Shown: positions 47,534-58,676 of the stretch, piece after piece | Position numbering within the stretch: position 1 is the first letter of the stretch | Layout: each line of letters begins with the position of its first letter | Source of the DNA: Marsupella aquatica | Lineage: Eukaryota; Plantae; Marchantiophyta | DNA: 64,000 nucleotides | Direction: 5' to 3' | NCBI GenBank assembly: GCA_973895155.1 | Contig: OZ316891.1 | Coordinates: 25,419,899 to 25,483,898, forward strand | Translations under genes and position numbers: made by a program | The notes under the pieces: model-generated | The model's database searches: none | What the model saw: only the letters and a program-made list of their open reading frames with translations | What the model was told of the DNA's origin: nothing

Positions 47534-50500
47534 ATGGACGGAAGGCTCAGGGTGGCATCCTGGAACGTTTGTGGACTTTGTGAGCCTAATCGTAAGCATA
47601 TTGTTAAGAATTGGGTAAGATCGCTGAAGGTACCGCTGGGGATTCTGGCCCTTCAAGAAGTGAAAGCTGATCAATTTAGACTTGATATGGCTCTGCGGGC
47701 TATTCTCCCATCATATCAGCACTTTTCTTCTGAGCCGGAGGAGGGAAAGGGAGGAACGGCACTACTGGTACCTGAGCTGAGGGTGGTGGGCTCGGGAACA
47801 CTGGATATGGGAAGGGCGGTATGGGCTGTGATCGAGAAGGGAGCGGTGACCTTCGGAGTTGCGTGTATATATGCTCCCAATTCAGCTAGACTAAGAGCTC
47901 TGCTATGGAATGATCTAAAGGTGATGCTACCACACAATGACTGGGTGCTGTGTGGTGACTTCAATATGACGGAACGCAGAACGGACTCGACTGGTACATC
48001 GCCGCTGATCCGCGGTAGAGAGGCTGAGTTTTGGAGATTCTTGAAGATGAGATTTAATTTGACAGACGCGTGGGACATTAGGGGAGGAGCTGCTGGCCCG
48101 CGCTTCACGTGGAGAAGGAATCGGAATGGAGAGATGTCACAGTCTCGACTCGACAGGATTTATGTTAGTGAAAGGGGAGAATGGCTTCGTGAGGTGGAAC
48201 TCCTGCATGACGGGGGCTCAGCCCTTTCGGATCATGATCCTGTTATGTTGAATGTGCAGCTCTCTGGACTGACAGAGACGGTGGAGAGAGGCAAAGTGCG
48301 TCTCTTCATGGCCAACCCGGCGTTTCTGCGGAGAAGGGAGGACATTCTGCGGCTGGAGGCTGCTTGGAGGGTGGGACGAGGAGATTTTGTGGACCCGCGG
48401 CTGCGCTTTGCTAAGGGCAGCTGGAAAATGCGTCAAACATTGAAGGAAATTCAAGCCCAACCAAGGACAACTGAGATGGAGATGGCAGCTCAGCGAGCTC
48501 AGTTGCGAGTTCTTAAGATGGCCATTATAGAACACCATTCAGAGGGAGACATTGCAGAGTTCATGGACGCGGAAGACACTCTACATGCTTCAAAGTTGGA
48601 GGAAGCACATAGAGGACGACGGCTAGCCAGAATTAAGTGGTTAAGTGAAGGAGACGAGTCAACAAAGTTTTTCTTTGCTACAGTGAGGGCTAAGCGATCT
48701 CGTGAGTCCATGCCTTCCCTGAATAGGGAGGACGGGAGTATAGTAGCTGACCCTGGAGAAATCTTGAAGGAGGTAGAAAGGTTCTGCCAAACATTATACT
48801 CGCCTGATCCGCGATTGGAAGCGGAGTTGGAAGAGGTTCGTGTGGCCAGAGACAGACTGCTTGGCAACACAAGGTTTGCACTCTCTGGAGCGGAGAATTT
48901 GAGGATGGAGAGACTCCCGTCATACCAGGAGGTGAAGGAGGTGCTGTGGCTCCTGCCTTGTGACAAAACGCCGGGACCGGATGGCATGACAGCTGAGGTC
49001 TACAGAGCATGCTGGGAGTTTCTCGGGCAAGATCTGGTGGATATGATACAGGAGTTCTGGCTTACGGGGGCTTTGGACGTTGGAATCTGTGAAGGAATTG
49101 TGAAGTTCATACCCAAGAAACCTGATAAACGGTTTTTAAGGGACTGGCGCCCTTTGACAATGTTAAATACTATATACAAGCTCATTGCCAAGATCCTCGC
49201 TATACGACTCAAACCGATTCTACACATGATTATTAGCCCGCAACAGACTGGATTTATACCTGGAAGACACATTCTTGAAAATATTTCCTTAGCCTGGCTT
49301 ACATGTGACTGGGTGCACAACAAGAGGAGAGAGGCATTGTTCCTAAAACTGGATTTTGAGAAGGCCTTTGACCGTGTTTCACATGACTACTTATGGGAAT
49401 GCATGCACCTACTGGGCATCAGCGGACGCTTCACTATGCTGGTCAGGGCCCTGCTAGCACAGGCATCTTCCAGGGCCTTGGTGAACGGATTACTATCAAA
49501 CACATTTGAGCTTAAACGAGGGGTAAGACAGGGCTGTCCACTGTCACCATTGTTGTTTGTAATCTCCACGCAACCTCTTATGGACTTTCTCGATACTGAG
49601 ATGGCGGAGGGCCGACTTTGTGGACTGCAGATCACCCCTGGATTCACTATCTGCTATAGACTGTTTGCGGATGATGTTGGGATGTTTATCCCGGCCACAG
49701 AGCGTGCCTTTGAGGAAGCAACCACTGCTCTAGAATGCTATGAGATGGCTAGTGGGGCGCGACTGAATCTGAAGAAATCCGTTGTGATCCCATTGGCATT
49801 GGAAAGGATCCCAGAGTGGCTGAACAACACAGGCTGCCTTATCAGCCTTTTGGGGGGAGTTTGAGCACGGAACAACTGCACAAATTCTGTTTGGATAAGA
49901 TTTGTGCCAGACTTTCTGTTTGGTCCAACAAACTTCTTTCTTTTACTGGCCGTTCACTACTGGTCAAACAGGTACTACTTGCTATCCCGATCTACCATGT
50001 AATGTATTGCAAGGCATCTGTAGGCCTGGCGAAGAAAATGATTGCTCTGAGCAGGGAATTTTTATGGGGATATAATGCCACTGGAGGACGGAAGGTCCCC
50101 CTGGTGGCCTGGGATCGGATGGCTTTGCCACGTGTGGAAGGGGGGCTGGGATTCCGGGACTTCCGCAGTCACTCTGATGCATTACTTTCTCAATGGTTCA
50201 CTAAGGCACTTAACGCGCCTGAGACGAAATGGTCTAGGATGTTGGCAGCCAACCTGAAATTGATGGGGTGGACGAACTACAAAATTATTAGGCGAAATGG
50301 ATACTCCTTCCAGGACCGGCTGCTACTGTGCACGCCTCGTTCATTTAGTGGGCTCCCCTACACGACAGGTCTCTGGAGAAGCTGGGAGCTAGTGAGAGCC
50401 CACTTATTCTTCGATCCTGGGCGGACGGGGCCACCTTCCCGGTGGAGCATCATGGATACCCTCAGGTGTATGGTGGGCTTCAATTCCCTTCCGAATAAAG

Positions 50501-51417
50501 CCCTCATAGAGATTGCTGCAATTTGTGGCAGGCTGGGATTGAGGTCTATTGGTGATGGATGGTCGACGGAGGATGGATGTTGGAAGGACCTACCGCTACG
50601 ATGGCACAATATGCGTGGCTTTTCTGATGAGCATCGAACGATGGCTCGTTCGTTCTTGGAGTGCCTTTGGCGGGCAGACAATTGCCGATCTGAATACTAC
50701 TTGTATGCCAAGCAGTGGAGATGGACAGACAGACCGGAGCCGCTGAAGGACTTCAGAATCGAGAATTGTAGAGTGTATGATTTCTTAAGGCCTAAGACTG
50801 CATCCCATGACCGCCTCAATCGGATCTGGTCACTGTCCTGGCCTGAGATGCGCTGGAATATGTGTTGGGCTAAGCTTTGGGGGTCTGATCTTCCGATTAG
50901 AGGCAAGACCTTTGTGTGGAGGATTATTGTAGGGGGCCTTTTCACTGGGGCACGTGCGCTCAGAATGGAGGTGAGTAATGGAGATTGCAAGCTTTGCAAA
51001 GGATGGCTGGAGACGATCCCCCACGTGTTCTTCCACTGTACACATGCGGTCCGTTGCTGGCTACTCTGGCAGGATTCGTTGCAGATTCTGGGCTTGCCAA
51101 TGGGACGAGGTCTGATGGCTCTTTTAGAGGCGGCCTGCGGGAAGGAGCCTGTGCAAGTGGCCCGGATCTTCGTCTTGCACCATATTCTGTGGCGACTCTG
51201 GACGGGAAGGAACACTCACATGTTTCAGGTGGGGGGGAGACGGGTGTTTGACTTGGGACTTGTTCTGAAGGAGGCAGCGGAGAACGCTTTTGCTGTTAGT
51301 CGGCGCTGCCCCCCGGGCAGGAAGTGCACCCGCCTGATTCGGGCAAAGGCATGGATGGATGACCTGCGTAGGGTTTGGCTAGGCAGTGGCAGCATTGCTG
51401 TCAATTCTTTTGCTTGA
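47534..51417 (+). pseudogene. LINE ORF2 (APE endonuclease-RT-zinc finger), frameshift/deletion near 49850
   Basis: SWNVCGL, LQEVK, GDFN, SRLDR, SDH; KTPGPDG, WRPL, KLDFEKAFD, GVRQGCPLSP, LFADD; CKLC...ETIPHVFFHC. Confidence 0.93.
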
Positions 51418-51694
51418 GGGGGACCGTGGCTTCCTGGATGATCTGACTGTTGAATGCCCTCTTATGTTGGGCTTGGGCTTGTGTTGGTGATTGATTTTCC
51501 CTTTTCCACTGTTTGGTGGTCGGGGGGCTGTGGGATATGCGCTGGTGATGTGTGCCTGTGCGCTGTGTGTTCGGCTTTGTTTTATGTCCCTTGGTCTGGC
51601 CTTCTGGTCTGTCTGTTTGCCCTCCCCGTGGGGCTTTTCGCGGGGGAACCAAAAATTATAAAAATGTTCCCATTCCAAGGAATATCGTTTTGCC

Positions 51695-54600
51695 TGTTTG
51701 TTTCAGGATATAGTTGATAATACTGCGGAGCCATATTGCCTCACGACATGCTTCATAGAGAGAGATGACTTCTGCGTGATTCGAGGAGGTTGTGGTCATG
51801 CTCTGTTTCGTACTCCTCCAGGATATGGCAGTTCTCCCTTGTAGGAAAACGTAGCCAGTCTGTGACTTCGAGTCCTGTGGGTCAAAGAGGTACCCCGCAT
51901 CTGCATAACCGATGAGTTCATCTGGGTTGTCGTTTGGGAAGAAAAGGCCCATATCTATTGAGCCTTGAAGGTAGCGGAATACCCTTTTCACACCGTTCCA
52001 ATGCCGAATAGTTGGATGTGCAGTGTGTCGTGCCAGTAAGCTTACTGCGAAGGAGATATCCGGTCTTGTATTGTTTGCCAGGTAGAGAAGGGCGCCAATG
52101 GCTGATAGATATGGCTTATCCGAGTCAAGGGCTGGTTCATTCTCCTGTCGTCGCCTAAACATGTCCTTAGCTGTGTCCAATGACCGCATCTCCATGGGTG
52201 TGGACACAGGATATGCATTGTGCATATTAAATTGTCGAATGATCTTCTTGGTATAGGTTGATTGACTAATAAATGTGCCAGTTTGCAGGTATTCAAATTG
52301 TAGTCCTAAGCAGTATGTCGGCTCTCCAATTTCTTTCATCTCGAAAATACTCTTCATTGTATTAATAGTTTTGTGTAAGAGTTGTGGAGTACCAAATAAG
52401 TTGACATCATCGACGTACAGGGCGAGGATGACGAATTCTGTATCGATGTGTTTGATGAATATGCACGGTGCGATATCGTTGTTGATAAATCCAAGGGTTT
52501 GCATCTCAGTTTTAAACTTCTGGTACCAGATGCGTCCACTTTGTTTTAACCCGTTGATGGATTTCAGGACTTGCACAACAAACGCCTGCTGTCCAGTCCC
52601 ACTTTTTCTGGGGTGCTGGAGTGGATCTTTATTTGTGTTGCCACTGCTCAACACTAGGCCTTTGAGCTTCTCATCTGGTACAATCTGTCGTATTCCCGAC
52701 TTCATGTCCTTACTCAAGTTCTGGAAATGTTTCCCTTGGACATGTTCTGTCACTCTTGCGAGTAGTTCTTTTGGGGCTTTCATGAAAATTTTGGAGTCTA
52801 GTACTCCATATAGGTACGCTGTTACAACGTCCATTAGTATATTACAGAGTTGGTGTTTTCAAGAGAAAGCTATAAGATACCTGAATGTAGTCACATCCAT
52901 AACAGGTGAATAGGTCAAATCATAATCCCTTCCCGGGATTTGAGTGTAGCCTTTCGCTACTAAGCGTGCGCGGTATCTAATGACATCTCCTTTGGCATTT
53001 CTCTTTCTGACAAATGTGAATCTGCTGTCTGTGTAATCATTGTTAGGTTGGACTTGTTTTAACGGGCCAAAGACATGCCTATGGATCAATGCATCCATTT
53101 CAGTGTTAATGGCCTCTTGCCACTGTGGCCAATCCGACCTCGCTTGTGCTTCTTTAATGGTTAGGGGGTCCGGAGTGTCAGTTGATATTTGCTGAGCTAT
53201 GTGATAGGCAAATTGTGCATCAACGACAGTGTTGGGTCTTTTATAGATTTGTCCGGTGTATTGGTATGGGATGGCCATTTCTTCATTATCTGGTACGTTA
53301 GATCTATCTGGTTCATTAGTAATAGCATGCATCATGGTTTCAGGTAGTACCTGATGAGGGAGTCTCTGGCGTGGTCGGGAGTCTCTAGATTCTGGTGGCC
53401 TACCTCTTTTTTTCTTTGCCGTGGTCTCCATTGCTGATTTTGTGGCAGGTTGTACTCGAGCTGGTACGTTTGCTGCCTCTACATGGGATCTTGTAACGTT
53501 GGCTGCATCATTAAAGGCGTCGGGGATCTTGTCCAACATTTCTTGGAGGTGTAGTAGTCTGCGGACTTCCTCATCCGCTCGCTTCGTTCGCGGGTCCTGG
53601 TTGAGTAATTTTCGACTGTTCCAATTTATGCTTTGTGGAGGTGTATCCCTCGTCAGTGGTTTTTCTGTAAGTAACTGGGGGAATGAATCTTCATAGAAGT
53701 GACAGTCTGCGTATCTGGCTTTAAATAGGTCTGCAGTGGTCGGTTCCAGGTAACGGATTATGGATGAGGAGTCGTAGCCAACGTAGATGCCTTCCTGTCT
53801 TTGAGGTCCTATTTTAGTGCGCTTTGGCCCAAGGATGGGGACCATCACTTTGCATCCAAAGACGCGCAGATGTGACAGATCAGGGGGTAATCCGAACGCT
53901 AAGTGGTGTGGAGTTTTGGTATTAAACGCTGAGGGCCTGTACTTCAGCAATGTGGTGGCGTGGAGGACTACATGTCCCCATGCGGAGAGGGGTAACTTGG
54001 AGTTCAGTAGGAGTGGTCGAGTAATCATTTGGATACGCTTTATAACAGATTCGGCAATTCCGTTTTGAAAATGGACGTAGGGAACTGAGTATTCTGTGTC
54101 AATTCCCGCCATCCAGCAGAAATCATCGAATGCTTTGGAGGTAAATTCCCCTGCTCCATCCACTCTCAGTTTCCGGATTGGATTTTCTGGGAATTGTGCT
54201 TTAAGTTTTAATATATTGGCTAAGATTCGTGCAAAGACTAAGTTTCGACTAGAAAGGAGGGATACTTGTAACCATTTAGTCGATGAGTCAATTATGGCCA
54301 GGAAGTACTTAAACGGTCCAATGGGTGGGTGTATTGGCCCACATACATCTGCGTTCAGGTGTTCCAAAAAATTTGGGATAGCATGGATCGTCTTCGGTAT
54401 TGGTGGTCTTGTAATCAGCTTCCCTTGAGAATAGGCTAAGCATTGTTGTTTCATTGTGGATGGGTTGACTCCTTGTGGGATTCCTCTGGAGTCCTTGATA
54501 ATTCTCCGGTACATATTTACTCCTGGGTGTCCCAGTTGGTAGTGCCATAGGTGTGTTATTTCTGATGATTCAGTTGTAGAATAATTTACAGTAATTTGAG

Positions 54601-55996
54601 TCGCATAGAGACCGGGGGGTATGAGTGGTAATGTCTCTTTAATATTGGTTCCATCATTGGTAATCTCCAAAATTTGTAGTGTGTCCTCTTCATCTGTCTT
54701 TGCCGTTCGCAGTTGGTATTTATTAGCGACTACGTCCCGAAAGCTTATCAAATTTCGAGTAGCTCGTGGGGCAAAGATTGCTGCATCAATATCAATAACT
54801 GTTCCTTGTGGGAATGTCACTGTTGCGGCTCCCTTACCTTCTTCTATCTGGTTTATACCCAAAATTGTGGTCATTGATCGTGTAGATGGGGTGATACTGT
54901 GGAAGTACTTCTTGTCTTTAAGAATTGTATGTGATGTTCCGCTGTCAATTATCCCAAGGTTGGGGTCATCTAATGAGGTGTGTATTGATGCTGGTGTTAC
55001 CATATGGGTCTCCTGTTCTTCAGGTTGTTGTGTAGGTGTTTCTTCCGGGTCCTGATAGTTAGCTAAGTCTTCCTCCATCTCCATATAGTTGCCTTCTGGA
55101 TTTTGCTTTAATTGGGCCCTTGCTTCTGTATGTCGTTTAGCTGCTTGGTCTGATGCCCATCAGTTCTTCTTTATGTGTCCTATTTTACCACACCGGTAAC
55201 ACAGCCTATCTTCTCTGATGTTATCAGGTGGTATGTTTCGTCTGCTGTCTTGGCCGCTTGCTCCTCGACCCCGTGAGTTGTATGAAAAACGGTTTCCTCG
55301 GCCTCTGGGATTTTGATTCCTGCTTCTGTCTTGATATCCGCCTCTGCCTCTTGATCTGCCTCGTCCCCTTTGGTTTCTCATATTATAATTTGTTTCTGGT
55401 TTTTGTGGTGGTGGGGCTGATCCTGCAGGTCGTTTTCTAGCGTTCTGCAGGGCAACGGTCTGCTGCTTCTCTTCTACCAGTAAATGTGCAATGAGGTCTG
55501 AGTAGACTGTAAATCTCATATTTCTGTACTGTGTACCGAGGGCTATATTTGCTTCTGGGAATGTGCTTAGTGTTTTGTCGATCATATCTGCATCAGGGAC
55601 CGGATGGCCACACAACTCCAATTGGGATGTGATTCTAAATAATGCGTTGTTGTAGCTGGCTATTGATGTGTAGTCCATCACTCGCAGGTTATACCAATCA
55701 CGGCGGGCTTCTGGGAGCCAGACTTCGCGCATATGGTCGAATCTTGATTTTAATTTATCCCATAGTAGGCGTGGGTTGACCTCGTTCATATATTGGGTTT
55801 TGAGTGGAGGAGCCAAATGCTGGCGTAATAAGAAAACGGCCTTAGCCTTTTGTTGTAGTGTCAGATTATTATCATTTATCAAAGTATCTTCGAGTTCCAG
55901 TGATGCAAAATATGTTTCTGCATCTACTGACCACGTTAGGTAGTTGTTGCCGTCTACTGAAAGGGCCTGAAAATGCAATTTCTCCAATGTTGCCAT
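51695..55996 (-). pseudogene. Copia gag-pol (gag, PR, INT, RT, RNase H start) with in-frame stops
   Basis: DGNNYLTW, CYRCGKIGH, IIDSGTSHTIL, WHYQLGHPG, DVCGPI, VDGAGEF, RARLVAKGYTQ, LYVDD, GYADAGY. Confidence 0.93.
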
Positions 55997-57342
55997 ATTT
56001 CTTGCACTTGTACTCGGGATTGTAATGCTCGGTGTGGTGGTGTATATATATAATACTTGGGTCTATCCAATTGGTAAATATATGCTTCGGGGAGTTATAG
56101 GTGCTGGTTCGAAGCACCTATAAGTCCAATTTCGGGATTTCACCGTAGCATTGTTGTTTCTAATTTGGCATAATGGCCATTCCCAAATCCTGCATTGGAT
56201 TCCTTGATGAAATAAGTTGGATGGAACAAAAAAATTAGACAAATCCGTCCTTACGGCAATGAAGATTGAGATCGCTAATGGATGCCTTCCTCATAGCAAT
56301 CTGATGTCTGGGCTCAATTTTTGCGTAAACTAGCATCACTTTTTAGGTGGGATTGTACTCAATTTTGGGGTAGTTAGGCGGTTACATAGGATTCCGGTGC
56401 CAAAAATGCAACATTCTTGGTAATTTTCTATGTAAAAACTATGATCTCTCAATATGTCTGTTGGGGCAGCCTAGGCAAAAAAAATCATTGAGCCAGTCGT
56501 GCTAATAACGTGTTGTAAACAAAGTAGATAATTGTAATCTTCCACACACTTCCATTATATCAAGGACTTATATAGTCCTAAGAGGTTAACATATTGGGTT
56601 AAGGTTAACCTACTCTAGTCTAGGGTTAAAGTAAACTATGGTTTATGACAGTGCCATCAACCACGATTGAACCTGTTTTGACCTTAAAGTGCAGAGGAAA
56701 TAATAGCCTGACTTTTGTTTGCGGACCTGTGGTCTCTGTTGGCATTGGAGGGAGAGGGATGAATACGGTCATTCTTGAGATGCACGATAAGTCCTGTTGG
56801 GTTAAAGTTAACCTTCTGTCAAAGGCATACTCCTCTGAATTCAATGTCGAATGGCACGCAAGTGGGTAATTGAGCATTTTGTCAATGGGATTTTTTCCAA
56901 AGACCTATGACACAAAGAAGTTGGTCGTCGGGGTAACTGGTATGCTTCCAGTCGACATTATGTATGGGTTTCAATATTTGAAACTCAACATGATGAAGCA
57001 CCAAGGCAATTTTTCTTTTGCAACGACCTGGACGTTAAGCAATTTACTTGAGAAAGCTGGATTATTATCGTCGGAGTCGGAGGAGCCTGGTGTTTTAATT
57101 GATAAGGATGTTGCATTTGCTCCCAAGTTTGATTTAGTCAAAGCAAAGCAATGGATAGAATCTTTGTCCAAGACGAGAAAGCTTCTAGCGGTGAATACAA
57201 ACCCTGTGCCCGAGAAAGCGCCAGAGAAAGCTCCAGAACCTACAACAGAGACCGCGGGAACTACAACAGCAACCTCTCAAAGAGCAGTGGGAAAACGAAA
57301 ACAAAGCCAAAGGAAACCTCCGGTTGAGAAGAAACTTCCGGT

Positions 57343-57500
57343 TGAGAAGCCGAGTACGAGAAGCCGAGTACGAGAAGCCGAGTACGAGAAGCCGAGTACG
57401 AGAAGCCGAGTACGAGAAGCCGAGTTGAGAAGCCGAGTATGAGAAGCCGAGTTGAGAAGCCAGTTGAGAAGCAACGTCTGGTTGAGAAGCCGAGTGCAAG
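57343..57500 (+). repeat. 14-bp tandem repeat GAGAAGCCGAGTAC within the exon
   Basis: About five perfect and several degenerate copies. Confidence 0.9.
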
Positions 57501-58282
57501 TGAAAGAGACCAAGACAGAAGAAGAAACAGAAAATTGACAGTGCCATCATGGATGATACTACAGAAAACCTGACAGTGCATTCACAAGATGTGGACGAGC
57601 AGTTGAACGCTCCTGAGGAGAAGAAGGTCTTAGAAGGTAATGAGGTATTGCAACAAATGGAGCAATATTATACGTTTGGGATCAATTCGATATTTTCTAT
57701 TCCTATAGACAGTATTTTCCCTGCGTCGGCAAGACTCTGTTATAGAATGTTGAATGCAGAACATGTAAAGGAGGTGGCCAATTCCATGATAAGAAATGCG
57801 GGGCATGAACCACACATAGCAGACTTGATTCCTTACACTACAAAACATAGAAACCTAATGCAGTATGACAGCACAGAATCAGATAGGAGGGACTTTGTAG
57901 CAGCCGTGAAAAAGGGCGAGGTTCAATTCCTTGCCATTAGCGGTCAACATTCGGCTAGAGCAGCCAGATGGATTCGAGAATGGGCAAACAAGGATGCCAA
58001 GCTGACAACATTGGCAAAAAAGCTGGAATTTTGAAAGTCAAGAATATTATCTCATCGAACACCATCATCAATATTAGTTGAGCATTCAATGCGATCTAAT
58101 GCGATCAATAGCACGATGGTGTTTGAGTCATGCTTCAAAGATACAGTCGTTCATGCTAGGCGACAATTTGTGGAATGTGGAAAACCTAGCCGGCCAAAAC
58201 ATGGGGACAACAAAACAAACGCTCAAGACAATCAAAAATTTCAGGTACGAAGTGTTACTGCTTGATGGGTACAATACCGTAG

Positions 58283-58676
58283 ATTCATGCACATTCAGTA
58301 GAATATTTCCACTGATATCTCCTAGTTTTGCGTTGGTCTGGGATGGTCCCAGTCCAAATGGATTCATGCACATTCAGTAAAATCTTTGTCCACTGATATC
58401 GTCTAGTTTTGTGTTGGACTGGGATGGTCCTAGTCCAAATGGATTCATGCACATTCAGTAGAATATTTCCACTGATATCGCCTAGTTTTGCGTTGGACTG
58501 GGATGGTCCCAGTCCAAATGGATTCATACACATTCAATAGATTATTTTTCCACTGATACTGTCTAGTTTTGTTCTGGACTGGGATGGTCCCAGTCCAAAC
58601 TAAATCATGCACTTTCAATAGAATATTTCCACTGATACTGTCTAGTTCTGTGTTGGACTGGGATGGTCTCAGTCCG
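58283..58676. repeat. Intronic ~80-bp tandem repeat x5, each unit containing the element-B palindrome
   Basis: ATTCATGCACATTCAGTAGAATATTTCCACTGAT...TTGGACTGGGA-TGG-TCCCAGTCCAA. Confidence 0.92.

Larger units (their letters stand above)
44315..51680 (+). mobile_element. Full-length L1-type LINE inserted antisense into the Copia RNase H
   Basis: 14-bp TSD AATATCGTTTTGCC (44301-44314, 51681-51694); ORF1 and ORF2; removal restores KQTGKTILTKPTIIYEDN. Confidence 0.94.
43470..56650 (-). mobile_element. Ty1/Copia LTR retrotransposon, Bianca-like
   Basis: 140-bp apparently identical LTRs at 43470-43609 and 56511-56650; TSD GTGCC; PBS CGTTATTAGCACG (minus strand); PPT AAGGGGAAG; order gag-PR-INT-RT-RH. 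Confidence 0.95.

Noticed and set aside
58283-58676. CRISPR-like array (palindromic repeat with regular spacing)
   Set aside because: The intervening sequences are near-identical rather than unique spacers, there are no cas genes, and it lies in a spliceosomal intron.
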